A stretch of DNA of 64,000 bases from Candidatus Minusculum obligatum (GCA_045401155.1 CP174360.1:513490-577489); one strand, 5' to 3'; shown: positions 37,984-48,126, counted from the first letter of the stretch. Notes: generated by a model not told the origin, from the sequence alone. Translations and numbers: made by a program.

Positions 37984-40371
37984 CTACTGACCTAGACCTC
38001 CAAGCTCCTCAAATGGATTCTCACCATTTTCAAGTGCTGTAATTTGATCTGCGACAAGCTCAGCATTTTGCTCTGAAAGACTCGCAACAGTATTAAGTAC
38101 CTCGATAGCCTCCTCATACTGCCCATCCTCTGCAAGGAATGTTGCAAGAACATAGTGCCCATTTGCAAATGAAGGATTTACATTTGTTGCTCGTGTAAGT
38201 GCCGCGATAGCGCCATCAAGATCTCCTGTTGCTTCTCGCAGAATAGCAAGCTGGAATAGGATGTTTGCATTATTTGGCTGGAAGAATGCAGCTGCCTCAG
38301 CACTCTCAAGTGCTTCCTGCGTATTTCCTTCTTGCACCTCAAGCTGAGATAGAAGGAAGATTGCGTCTACATAATCCTGCTTTAGAGAAATTGCTTCTTG
38401 CAATAGCTCTCGAGCAGCTTCTGTATCCTGATTTGCAATCTCAAGCTGCGCCATAATCAGAGGAATCTCTGGATTTTGAGGGTTTAGCTTTTGCGCCTCC
38501 TCATACGCAGCTTTCGCATTGTCATACGCTCCCTCAACCCGAAGCGGCACTACCAACTGATATACATTTCCAAGTGTCAGCCAGTTCTGATAATTCTCTC
38601 CTCGAACCTGTGTTGCAAAAAGCGCTGCCTCCACAGTACTTCCAAGAGCTGCTTGGAATGCTTGAGATCGCTCCTCCTGACTTAGAGACTCATCATTTAC
38701 GATTGTGTTTAGGTCACTTTGTCCAAGCCCTGCTCCAAGACGATAGAATCGATCACTTTGGTTAAGTGTAAGCGCTTGATTAAGTGCATCTCCTGATCCT
38801 GCACGATCTCCATTTTGTGCATACACAACTGCCTGATTGTAGAAAACACTTGCAAGATATCGCTCTCCTGCAAAGAAGATTGTCACAATACTTGAAAGCA
38901 ATACAAGTGTAAGTGTGAATACCAACATAAATCCAATACGCGGACTTCGTGAGAAGAAGATTCCCCACTCTCGCTTCTGATTTCCACTAAAGCGAAGTGT
39001 GGCAATAAAGATTCCCGTCATTGCAAATGCCAAGAATAATACTGAAGGTCCAGGTACATGTAGTACTGAGAATGTCCATAGGTATAGGGCTACCACGTAA
39101 CTTCCAAGAGAAAGCGCAAACATTCCTTGATGCTGTGCTCGTGAGAAGATAAGCGCTCTAAATCCTACATAAATAAAGAAGACAAAGAACGCAAGCCACG
39201 CAAGAGCCCCAAGAATTCCTGTCACTGCAATCATAGATGGCACATACCCAATTCCTGCAGAGAAATCTACATTCCAGAAGATAGTGTTATTAATCTCAGC
39301 TGGCTTTGTAAGAAGCCACTGACTTCCAAATGTAGTTGGTCCTGTACCAAAGATTGGGTTTTGCGCGTATGCATTTGCAGCAACATCAAGCGTTGCCTGC
39401 CATGATGGACGAACTGCAACCTGCTCAAACCCAAGGGCATTTGAAAGAATGTTCCCTAGTGAAGAACTACCAATCACCATGATGATAGAAGCCGCAAGTA
39501 CAATGAGTGAGAGCACAAGGTTGTTTCCACCTTGAACCGGTGCATTCATATCATTCATTGACTGCTGTCCCTGCTCTCCTTCTCCAGAATATAAAGCAGT
39601 AACTCCTTCAATATCATCGTGCACTCCTCCACTTTGCTTTAGCATTCCATGAATAAATACTCCTAGCGCAAACAGGCCTAGCACGATCCACACAAGTGTG
39701 AAGTTTGCTCCCGCAAGGAAGATAAGTGAAAGTGCAAGAAATACATACAGCCATCGCTTTGTTTTCTTACTTGGACGTCCAAGCAAAAGTGCCATTAGGA
39801 TTCCAAGCACAGACGCTCCAAGGAATACCGCAAAGTCGCTAATGCTTCCAAGCGTGTTTACTCCATCTCCTGCGGTTACCCCAATACCCTGAAGAATTCC
39901 TGTGTTGAGGATAAAGAAAATGATTTGCGCCAAAAGCACAAGACCAACACCAACAAATGATGCCTTTATAACGTGTGAGAATTGCTCTGCCTTGCGAAGC
40001 GTAAGTGCTAGCACTGATGCAAACACTGTACCTGCAAGGACAAACCCTACCGTACTTGCCTCAATCTGATTTCCAAAGATAGAGAATCCGAGATTTCCTC
40101 CTGAAAATACTGCTGAGAGTAAATATGCGGCTGGAATACCCCAAAGCACTCCAAGCAACATAAGCGGCGGCATAATGATACTCCCACGACGAAGTCGCGT
40201 AAGAATATACAAAGCAAGCCCAAGTACTGCGGCAATAACGATTGCAATTGTTTTTGTAAATCCAAATGGGATTGATGCCATTGGAATAAGAAGTACAGGA
40301 ATAATCGCAAGTGCTGCTGCTGCAACAGTTACGGTCCCCGACTCAAGTGTAAACGGTAGTTTTCTTTCCAT
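37984..40371 (-). CDS. Polytopic membrane protein, O-antigen ligase/Wzy_C-like region plus C-terminal TPRs
   Basis: About 12 TMs, PIFGTGPTTF loop, TPR repeats. Confidence 0.7.
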   Translation of the reverse strand: MERKLPFTLESGTVTVAAAALAIIPVLLIPMASIPFGFTKTIAIVIAAVLGLALYILTRLRRGSIIMPPLMLLGVLWGIPAAYLLSAVFSGGNLGFSIFGNQIEASTVGFVLAGTVFASVLALTLRKAEQFSHVIKASFVGVGLVLLAQIIFFILNTGILQGIGVTAGDGVNTLGSISDFAVFLGASVLGILMALLLGRPSKKTKRWLYVFLALSLIFLAGANFTLVWIVLGLFALGVFIHGMLKQSGGVHDDIEGVTALYSGEGEQGQQSMNDMNAPVQGGNNLVLSLIVLAASIIMVIGSSSLGNILSNALGFEQVAVRPSWQATLDVAANAYAQNPIFGTGPTTFGSQWLLTKPAEINNTIFWNVDFSAGIGYVPSMIAVTGILGALAWLAFFVFFIYVGFRALIFSRAQHQGMFALSLGSYVVALYLWTFSVLHVPGPSVLFLAFAMTGIFIATLRFSGNQKREWGIFFSRSPRIGFMLVFTLTLVLLSSIVTIFFAGERYLASVFYNQAVVYAQNGDRAGSGDALNQALTLNQSDRFYRLGAGLGQSDLNTIVNDESLSQEERSQAFQAALGSTVEAALFATQVRGENYQNWLTLGNVYQLVVPLRVEGAYDNAKAAYEEAQKLNPQNPEIPLIMAQLEIANQDTEAARELLQEAISLKQDYVDAIFLLSQLEVQEGNTQEALESAEAAAFFQPNNANILFQLAILREATGDLDGAIAALTRATNVNPSFANGHYVLATFLAEDGQYEEAIEVLNTVASLSEQNAELVADQITALENGENPFEELGGLGQ

Positions 40372-40451
40372 ATTAATTAATTCTCACACGCGAATAATAC
40401 TTACTATGATAGCACCTCTATAAAAGGTGCTCTCTAGTTTTCCAAAGGGAT

Positions 40452-41486
40452 TTAGAACTCCCAATCCCCCTTTAGTCCTGTTGACTGAGTGTAGTTCACT
40501 ACAGTCGTCTCAAAAAAGTTACTCTTGTCATTATCTGTATCTTGTAGTCGCTCAAGGTGCACGTACGGATTCTTTTCTGCCTCAGGATAAATTGGATCGA
40601 TACCAATACGAGCCATACGCTCATTTGCAAGCCACTGTGTGTACTCACGGATTGTATCCTTACTAATTCCTGGAATATCCTCTCCCATAATGTGATTGCT
40701 CCACATAATCTCTTGATCAACCGCAGCCTTTGTCATATCGATGATTACCTGCTCATCAAACATCTCTGGAAACTCTTTCTTAATTTCATTAAGAATATTT
40801 GCAAACATCACCACGTGCGTAAGCTCGTCCCGACGAATATACGCGATCATTCGTCCTGTTGCGAGCATCTTCATATTGTCTACAAGCGTATCGAAAAATG
40901 CGAACCCGTTGTAGAAATAAAGTCCCTCAAGAAGATAGTCGGCAACAAGTGTCTCAAAGAAATTCTTATCGCTTGGATCATCAATAAAGCGCTGGTAGAT
41001 ATCTCCAATGTATCTATTACGCTCAAGAAGCGTTTTGTCCGTCTTCCAGAAATAGTAAATTTCATTTCGCTCCTTTGAGTCCACCACTGACTCAAGAATA
41101 GTTGCATAACTTTGTGAATGAATAGCCTCCTGGTACGCCTGAATAGCAAAAAGAAGATTTACCTCAGGAGCCGTAATGTAATCTGAAATATTTGGAAGGT
41201 TTACGGTCTGCACTGAATCGAGGAAGATAAGGAATGAAAGAATTCCCTTATATGCCTTTTGCTCTGCAGGAGAAAGATCACTATGAAATGCATTAGCATC
41301 CTCCTTAAGTCCCATTACCTTCTCTGGAATCCAGAAGTTTCCAACCATGACAGGATAAAGCTTCTTTGCCCAACTATACTTTGTCGCATTAAGCTGAAAC
41401 AGTCCTGTGGTTGAACCCTTGATAATAGTTCGATTGGCAACAGTATCATCCCCTTCCGGATTAAAAATCCTATTTTCTTGAATCAT
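40452..41486 (-). CDS. nrdB: Ribonucleotide reductase class I beta subunit
   Basis: FW.PE, FLDSVQ, EAIHSQSY (radical Tyr), EG..FY, RDELTH, NFFE. Confidence 0.95.
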   Translation of the reverse strand: MIQENRIFNPEGDDTVANRTIIKGSTTGLFQLNATKYSWAKKLYPVMVGNFWIPEKVMGLKEDANAFHSDLSPAEQKAYKGILSFLIFLDSVQTVNLPNISDYITAPEVNLLFAIQAYQEAIHSQSYATILESVVDSKERNEIYYFWKTDKTLLERNRYIGDIYQRFIDDPSDKNFFETLVADYLLEGLYFYNGFAFFDTLVDNMKMLATGRMIAYIRRDELTHVVMFANILNEIKKEFPEMFDEQVIIDMTKAAVDQEIMWSNHIMGEDIPGISKDTIREYTQWLANERMARIGIDPIYPEAEKNPYVHLERLQDTDNDKSNFFETTVVNYTQSTGLKGDWEF

Positions 41487-41499
41487 ATTTCTTACTTAC

Positions 41500-44262
41500 T
41501 TATCCGCTACAACTTTCACACACATTATATTTTGGCTTCTCTGGAGCAGGACTTGCCGCCATCTTTGGAGCCTCCTTTTTTGTAGATGGCTCATTATCTA
41601 CCTTTGCTGAGAGACTCCGCACGTAGTACACCGTCTTAATTCCCTTTTCATGCGCACGAATGTAATACTGGTACAGCTGCTGTGGTGAGGTTCGTTCTGG
41701 ATTAATCATCCATTCGAAACTAATTGACTGGTCAATCCACTGATAGATTTCTGCGATCAGATCGATCACATCCTCCATATTCATGTTGATGTACTCCTTG
41801 TAGTACGGGAAGTTGTCTTTATCTAGCTGCGGCGCAACACGAATCGTTGGAGATGAAAGATTGTTCTCCACAAAGTATCGCTTATAGATTGGAAGAAGTG
41901 CGGCTGTAGTTCCTACCACTCCAGCAGTTGAAGTGTTTGGTGCAGGACCAGTGTGGTACCCAAATCTAAATCCACTTGTGGTCATATCAGCAAATAGCTC
42001 TTCCCACTGCTGTGCACGATTTGGATTATTCTCCATGAACCACTCCTTCTCACGTCCAAGTAAGATTCCTTTACTATACTGAGATCCCGGGAATAGCTCG
42101 TAGTGCCCACGCTCCTTAGCAAGATCTGCACTTGCTCGATACATATGATATGAGTATCGCTCAAAGAGCTTATTTACCTCCTTCTTTGCCTCCTCTGAAT
42201 CATAGGCAATGTGATTTGTTGCCAGATACTCAGCAAGACCAAGGTACCCAACACCAACTGGACGGTACCGCTTTGCAGTACGCTCTGACTCCTTAATTGG
42301 GTAGTAGTTAAGCGTAATCACGTTATCAAGCGCACGCATAAGAACGGGATACACTTCTTTAACGGTCTTCTCATCATTTACTTTTGCAACGTTTACTGAA
42401 GCTAGATTACACACCACAGTATCTCCTGCCTTGTACTTAAGTGTAATGGTTCCATCTTCGTGAGACTCTTCTTGGAACTTAGATGGCGAAGTATTTTGAC
42501 AAATCTCAGTACATAGCTGTGTTGAATATACATTTCCAGCGTGTTGGTTTGGATTTAATCTGTTTACAGTATCTCGGAAGAAGATGTACGGCATTCCTGT
42601 CTCCACCACTGTCTTAAGGTGCTTCTTAAATAGCTCCTTTGCATTTACTGTCTTCTTAAGCTTTAGACGATCATCTCGTTCAAGCTCCTCATAGAAGGCG
42701 TCAAACTCTTCATTAAAGTGGTCTTGGAGTCGCTTCCCATAGAGTGTCTCAACCTCGTGCGGATCAAAGAGTGTCCAATCTGCATTCTCTTTCATACGTC
42801 GCATGAATAGATCTGGAACTGAGATAGCCGGAAATACATCAAAAGCCTTGTTTCGAATATCCCCTGTCTCAGTCTGAAGATCTAGGAAGTCATAGATATC
42901 TCGATGCCACATATCAAGTGTCACAGAAATAGCACCCATACGAGCCCCAAGCTGATTTACAGCCACACCGGTATCATTAATAACCTTCAGCCATGGATTT
43001 ACTCCTCCTGAAGCCTTTTCTACTCCTCGGATAGCAGCTTCTCGCGAACGAATGTGCCCCCAATACATTCCAACTCCCCCTCCAAACTTAGAAATCTGTG
43101 CAACATTCTCAATTGCATGGTAAATCGCACGAAGATCATCATCCACATTTAGTTTGAAACAACTTGAAAGCTGGTGGTAGTTTGTTCGTGAGTTAAGAAG
43201 TGTTGGTGTTGGAAGAGAAATCTTCTGTGTAGAACACGCATCATATAGCTTAAATGCATATTGAAGACGATTCTCACTTGCCTCAGGAATCGCAAGGAAC
43301 AAGGCTACAGACATATATAGCTCCTGTGGAAGCTCCTTTACTACTCCATTTGGATTTAGAAGGTATCGCTTTGAAAGCGACAGTACAGTAGTGTACTGAT
43401 AGCTATCATCGTAACTTTGCTTTAGATACTCACCTGCTTTTTTAATGTCCTCCTTTGTGTAGTACTTAAAGAAGTCTTTATAGTAGAGCCCTTTCTCTAC
43501 GTACTCCTCAAAGAGCGCAAGATATGTATCTGGAGTATAAATATCCTTAATATCAATTTTTCGATTCTTTGTAGCCTGCTTATATAGATTCTCAAGAAGT
43601 AGTCGTGCCGCAATATGCTGCCACCATGTATTTTCGATGGTCACCATATCAATCGCAGTCTTAATCATGAAGCGATTAATATCTTTTGTCTCCATGTCAT
43701 TTGCGAGATTTCGCTTAAATGCCTCTAGAAAATCCTCAAAGTGACATTTATTCTCATATCCTCGACATACACGATTAAATACACGCTTAATCTTTGTAAG
43801 CTCAAATGTCTCAATCTCTCCATTTGCTTTTTTTACTGAGAATTTCTTCTCATCTAGCTGTGCTAGAAGATCATAGTGATTCTTCTTTCTTGCCTGCGCT
43901 CGCTCATCTCGATACAAAATGTAGTGCTTTGCAACATCAAAACGCTTTGCTTCCATGAGCGCGTTCTCAACTGCATCCTGCACCTGCTCAACAGTAAGAA
44001 GTTTTACCCCCTCAGTATGCGCATGCCGCTCAAGATTAATGAGCATCTCATCAACAAGCCCTGAAATGAAGCTCGTGTCGTCTACTCCTACAGCAGTACA
44101 CGCCTTTGCAATGGCTTCTTCAATCCGCCGACGATTAAATGGAACAACACGCCCATCTCTTTTTTCAATATTCGCGAGTACCGCATCTCCCGGCACAATA
44201 CGAGGCCCTTCGGCGCTACTAGGTGGTGTTCCTATGACCGTTTTCGTCGGCAGTTTATCCAT
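41500..44262 (-). CDS. nrdA: Ribonucleotide reductase class Ia alpha subunit with two ATP cones
   Basis: Two ATP-cone starts (IEKRDGR, VKKANGE), PTPTL, SSCF, QLCTEI, CNLAS, KTVYY, C-terminal CESC. Confidence 0.95.
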   Translation of the reverse strand: MDKLPTKTVIGTPPSSAEGPRIVPGDAVLANIEKRDGRVVPFNRRRIEEAIAKACTAVGVDDTSFISGLVDEMLINLERHAHTEGVKLLTVEQVQDAVENALMEAKRFDVAKHYILYRDERAQARKKNHYDLLAQLDEKKFSVKKANGEIETFELTKIKRVFNRVCRGYENKCHFEDFLEAFKRNLANDMETKDINRFMIKTAIDMVTIENTWWQHIAARLLLENLYKQATKNRKIDIKDIYTPDTYLALFEEYVEKGLYYKDFFKYYTKEDIKKAGEYLKQSYDDSYQYTTVLSLSKRYLLNPNGVVKELPQELYMSVALFLAIPEASENRLQYAFKLYDACSTQKISLPTPTLLNSRTNYHQLSSCFKLNVDDDLRAIYHAIENVAQISKFGGGVGMYWGHIRSREAAIRGVEKASGGVNPWLKVINDTGVAVNQLGARMGAISVTLDMWHRDIYDFLDLQTETGDIRNKAFDVFPAISVPDLFMRRMKENADWTLFDPHEVETLYGKRLQDHFNEEFDAFYEELERDDRLKLKKTVNAKELFKKHLKTVVETGMPYIFFRDTVNRLNPNQHAGNVYSTQLCTEICQNTSPSKFQEESHEDGTITLKYKAGDTVVCNLASVNVAKVNDEKTVKEVYPVLMRALDNVITLNYYPIKESERTAKRYRPVGVGYLGLAEYLATNHIAYDSEEAKKEVNKLFERYSYHMYRASADLAKERGHYELFPGSQYSKGILLGREKEWFMENNPNRAQQWEELFADMTTSGFRFGYHTGPAPNTSTAGVVGTTAALLPIYKRYFVENNLSSPTIRVAPQLDKDNFPYYKEYINMNMEDVIDLIAEIYQWIDQSISFEWMINPERTSPQQLYQYYIRAHEKGIKTVYYVRSLSAKVDNEPSTKKEAPKMAASPAPEKPKYNVCESCSG

Positions 44263-44421
44263 ACCAATTACATGAGTGTTACTACTAATTTGATATAGAG
44301 ATAGTAGCACTGTAAACAATGTAAAGACCTGTGGATATCCCCTCAAAACAAGACTCCGAAACATATTTTACTACGTAGGCAATACCCTCCTTCTGTCGCC
44401 CTTTTGTTTGGCCCTCAAATA

Positions 44422-44459
44422 GAAAACACTCGGGTTTTATCCCGAGTGTTTTCATTTTT
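44422..44459. terminator. Terminator downstream of rnpB
   Basis: GAAAACACTCGGG/CCCGAGTGTTTTC. Confidence 0.75.
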
Positions 44460-44463
44460 TATA

Positions 44464-44771
44464 TCGTGGCTATAAGCCGGATTCTGTACCATCTCTGGTG
44501 ACAATCATTTACCTTGCCATTTTGTTACCAAAATGATCTTTGCGGCACTCTCTAGAAACTAGAGTACGGCCTTGCACGCAGATAGGAATTTAGCCGTTTC
44601 ACCCATATGTTGCCATATGATTATCCCACAAGGGGTCCCTCTCATCTCTGATCAGGCGTCACTGCTCGCATCCCTAAGATTGCTCTCGACGGGCGTTACC
44701 CGCTACCCTGCTACTGAAAAATCAGTGCGTGTCCGGACTTTCCTCACATATTGCGCGATTGTCCACCACGA
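44464..44771 (-). ncRNA. rnpB: RNase P RNA (compact)
   Basis: Reverse complement contains GAGGAAAGTCCGG and ACAGAATCCGGCTTA; P1 TCGTGG/CCACGA. Confidence 0.95.
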
Positions 44772-44792
44772 CAAGCACTATTATACAATCTT

Positions 44793-45293
44793 TTAATCTT
44801 TCGTAAAGAGTCCGCCGAAGTTAAATACAGCAGGTCGGTATGAGATGAGCTTTAGCTTTGAGCGCTCTCCTACGCCATGCTCCTCAATAAATCCTGCATT
44901 TGTCTCAAGTACATACCGAGCATTTGTTGGAGGATAAAAAATCTTTGGATAACTACTTGTGGGCACGTTTGCCTTATAATACACAACCCTAAAATCCTCA
45001 TTGAGCCACATGATATCTATTGGAAAATTCATTCCTTTCATCCAAATACCGTACTTTTCATTCTCATCAAATACAAAAAGGAGTCCGTGACTTTGCGGCA
45101 AACTCTCAAGACCTGAGAGTCCTTTTGCGCGTGTCTCTGGAGTGTTTGCAATCGCCACTTTAAGCGGCGTGTTATTTACGTACGCGTAGTAGATCTTTGT
45201 ACTATCTAACTGGTTGTTAAAGAGCACAGAGCCAGCATAAAAGAACATGGCCCCGAATCCAGCTAGAAGGATTGTATAAAAGATTATTTTCAT
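44793..45293 (-). CDS. DUF192 family protein
   Basis: RAKGL, GLLFVF, WMKGMNFPIDI, YVLETNAG. Confidence 0.88.
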   Translation of the reverse strand: MKIIFYTILLAGFGAMFFYAGSVLFNNQLDSTKIYYAYVNNTPLKVAIANTPETRAKGLSGLESLPQSHGLLFVFDENEKYGIWMKGMNFPIDIMWLNEDFRVVYYKANVPTSSYPKIFYPPTNARYVLETNAGFIEEHGVGERSKLKLISYRPAVFNFGGLFTKD

Positions 45294-45315
45294 CGGGAAA
45301 CACCCCTAGTATACC

Positions 45316-45702
45316 CTACTCACTTGTTTCTCCGTCAAAGTGTTCGTGGGTTTCTTCTGCCTTTGTCTTGTGCACTGTCCCGTGCTTATGCTCTGGAGGC
45401 ATGTAAAGAGAATATAGCTTCATCACTTCCTTCCCTGTATTAATTACATTGTGACAAGCTCCAGCCGGAATAATAAATGCAAAATCATCTTCTACTTCAT
45501 GCTCTACACCATCAATAATCACTTTCCCACTTCCTTGTTCTAGGCGAATAAATTGATCTAGATGATGTGTTTCCTCACCAATCTCATCTCCAGCTTGTAT
45601 CGCCATTAACACCAACTGACTATGCTTTGTTGTATAAAGCACACGACGATAGTCCTCATTTTCCAGTGTCTCTTTTTCTATATTTGCCACGTATCCTTTC
45701 AT
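45316..45702 (-). CDS. Cupin domain protein
   Basis: GDEIGEETH, IPAGACHNVIN, KLYSLY.PPEH; likely start MKGYVANIE. Confidence 0.88.
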   Translation of the reverse strand: MKGYVANIEKETLENEDYRRVLYTTKHSQLVLMAIQAGDEIGEETHHLDQFIRLEQGSGKVIIDGVEHEVEDDFAFIIPAGACHNVINTGKEVMKLYSLYMPPEHKHGTVHKTKAEETHEHFDGETSE

Positions 45703-45715
45703 ATAAAATAAGTAT

Positions 45716-45895
45716 ATCAAAAAACACAAGAGGCGACCGATGTTGGTCGCCTCAAGGTCCTGAAAGAGCGAGAATGCGCTCTTTTTCAACTAGGAAGCCA
45801 GCAGCTCACGCGACTGGAATCACCTCCTTTCCATGCCACGTTTGCGTGCTCATTGAATCACACGATCGGTCATGATCGCCTCCCTAGGTTGCCTA
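45716..45895 (-). ncRNA. Putative small structured transcript or uORF leader
   Basis: TTGCGG-N16-TATATT promoter, GC-rich, hairpins, GAGGCGACC/GGTCGCCTC terminator. Confidence 0.5.
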
Positions 45896-45931
45896 ATTCC
45901 AATATACTCCGTAAATAAACCGCCGCAACAT

Positions 45932-46819
45932 TTATCCCCTTAGCGCCTTCACCCGCTCTTCAATTGGAGGATGCGTAGAAAACAGCTTTGCCATATGCTT
46001 CCCAACAGCCGCCTTCCCAAATGGATTGCTAATAAATAGATGTGCCGTTGCATTGTTTGCCCGCTTCATAGGAGCAGCATATCCACCAATTTTCTCAAGT
46101 GCTGTTGCTAGTCCTTCCGGATACCTTGTAAGTAGCCCTGCTGAAGCATCCGCCAAAAACTCTCGCTTACGAGAAATTGCTAGATGAATAAGCTGGGCCG
46201 CAATAGGAGCTAGGATCGCAAATACAATACCAGCAATCGCAATTGCGCCGTTGCCTCCTCGATCATTACTCTTCATACCTCCATAAAAACTCATGCGCAT
46301 AAACATATCTGCAAGAATTGTGATAAATCCAAGCAATACTACTGTCACCGTCATCACGAGCATGTCTTTATTTTTAATATGTGAAAGCTCATGTGCAATA
46401 ACTCCCTCAAGCTCATTCTTTTCAAGCATTCCCAAAAGCCCTGTGGTCACCGCAACTACCGCATGTTTTTCATCTCGCCCTGTCGCAAATGCATTTGGCG
46501 CATTATCTTCAATCACATACAGCTTTGGCATTGGAAGTCCTGCCGTAATTGAAAGATTCTCTGTAATATTCCAAAGATCAAAATACTCTTCTCGTGTTAC
46601 TTTCTTTGCGCCATTCATTGAAAGCGCGATCTTATCTGAGAACCAGAAGCTTCCCACATTCATCACAAGCGCAAACGCCACCGCAATGAAGAGAATAAAC
46701 TGTGCATCGTAGTAGTACGAGAAGAACCACCCAAGCCCAATCACTACCAACGCAAACGTGATCATCAAAAACCACGTTTTATACACATTTTTACTCTGCT
46801 GACTATATAGTGATGCCAT
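45932..46819 (-). CDS. htpX: Zinc metalloprotease HtpX (M48)
   Basis: PNAFATG, HELSH, REFLAD, STHPP. Confidence 0.94.
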   Translation of the reverse strand: MASLYSQQSKNVYKTWFLMITFALVVIGLGWFFSYYYDAQFILFIAVAFALVMNVGSFWFSDKIALSMNGAKKVTREEYFDLWNITENLSITAGLPMPKLYVIEDNAPNAFATGRDEKHAVVAVTTGLLGMLEKNELEGVIAHELSHIKNKDMLVMTVTVVLLGFITILADMFMRMSFYGGMKSNDRGGNGAIAIAGIVFAILAPIAAQLIHLAISRKREFLADASAGLLTRYPEGLATALEKIGGYAAPMKRANNATAHLFISNPFGKAAVGKHMAKLFSTHPPIEERVKALRG

Positions 46820-46866
46820 ATGTGGTGTATGATTCTCTCTTCAGTTCTTTAAGACAGGAGGAGAGC

Positions 46867-46977
46867 ATGTGGGATTTCATATCCGCAACCGACCTTCGCT
46901 TTGTCTTTGCAGTTGCTGGAGTTGTAATAGCTCTCGCACTTGCAGTTTGGAGCTCGATACAGAGCAAGCCAAGATAA
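46867..46977 (+). CDS. Small single-TM protein (36 aa), not in ORF track
   Basis: GGAGGAG SD; MWDFISATDLRFVFAVAGVVIALALAVWSSIQSKPR; hairpin 46981-47012 follows. Confidence 0.6.
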   Translation: MWDFISATDLRFVFAVAGVVIALALAVWSSIQSKPR

Positions 46978-47013
46978 GGAGAAGAAGCGCGCCGCACCGG
47001 TGCGCTTTTCTCG

Positions 47014-47568
47014 TTAGATAGAGACCTTTACAGGATCCTTTGCTGCCTCTTCCTCAAGCTCAAAGAACTCTCGAGAAGAGAAATTGAACATTCCTGCAAT
47101 AAGATTTGTTGGGAATACCTCAAGTGCGGTATTTAGATCTCGTACAACAGTGTTGTAGAAACGTCGAGCTGCCTGAATCTTATTTTCTGTATCCGTAAGC
47201 TCGTTTTGTAGATTAAGGAAATTCTCATTTGCCTTAAGATCTGGATATGCCTCAGAGACCGCAAAGAGTGACTTAAGTGCCCCACTAAGCATATTCTCAG
47301 CCTCAGCCTGATCATGTGCTCCATCTGCATTCATTGCAGCTGTTCGCGCTTTTGTAACCTCTTCAAATACAGACTTCTCGTGTGCCGCGTAACCCTTTAC
47401 AGTCTCTACAAGATTTGGAATAAGGTCGTATCGACGCTTAAGCTGTACATCAATATCTGCCCATGCCTCCTTACCACGATTAACAAGCCCAACAAGGCGG
47501 TTAAATGTGAAAATAACCCAAAGAATAAGTGCCCCTACGATTCCTAGTGCGATATATAGTGCTGTCAT
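47014..47568 (-). CDS. lemA: LemA family protein
   Basis: IDVQLKRRYDLIPNLV, EAYPDLKAN, ARRFYN. Confidence 0.95.
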   Translation of the reverse strand: MTALYIALGIVGALILWVIFTFNRLVGLVNRGKEAWADIDVQLKRRYDLIPNLVETVKGYAAHEKSVFEEVTKARTAAMNADGAHDQAEAENMLSGALKSLFAVSEAYPDLKANENFLNLQNELTDTENKIQAARRFYNTVVRDLNTALEVFPTNLIAGMFNFSSREFFELEEEAAKDPVKVSI

Positions 47569-47607
47569 ATGTAGAGCATTGTACCAAAGGTTCATTTTTA
47601 CGTTATA

Positions 47608-47635
47608 TTGACTTTATATATAAAAATGGTATAAT
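47608..47635 (+). promoter_or_regulatory. sigma70 promoter
   Basis: TTGACT-N16-TATAAT with extended TG. Confidence 0.75.
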
Positions 47636-47679
47636 ACAAATAAGTTGATCTTTCACACCTACAGCCTGAGGAGGGCACC

Positions 47680-48105
47680 ATGTTTAAACAAATCACGTTC
47701 ATCGCGGTTATGATGATTCTTTTCGCCATGATCGGCGCCACATATCTGGCGCTCGGCAACTACCTCATCGTTGGGGCAGGTGCCGCGCACGACCCGGCGT
47801 TCGAACGCTTCACGTTCCTCGGCGCCCTATACGTCATAGCGTACTGCGCCAGTATGGGCGTCGGCCTGCTGATCTCGGCTACATTCAAAAAGCGCCGAGA
47901 TCGCGATAACAATCCGGGAGAGGTCGTCATGGCGACCACGATCATCCAAATGGTCATCTTCTTCGTCGGCCTGGCCCTCATGGGCGCCATGGCGCTCGAA
48001 ATGACGGAGCAGTCAATCATCGCCGGCGTCGGCGCCATGATGATCTCGAATGTCCTGGTAGTCCGCTTCTCCTTCGAAGGAGGAAAGCAGATCGCCACGG
48101 CCTAA
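47680..48105 (+). CDS. Hypothetical 4-TM membrane protein (GC-rich)
   Basis: GAGGAGGG SD, 4 hydrophobic helices. Confidence 0.75.
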   Translation: MFKQITFIAVMMILFAMIGATYLALGNYLIVGAGAAHDPAFERFTFLGALYVIAYCASMGVGLLISATFKKRRDRDNNPGEVVMATTIIQMVIFFVGLALMGAMALEMTEQSIIAGVGAMMISNVLVVRFSFEGGKQIATA

Positions 48106-48126
48106 TCGAGCCCTCAGGCAAAACCA

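Noticed and set aside
44270-44400. NrdR boxes upstream of nrdA
   Set aside because: No convincing tandem match to the consensus by eye
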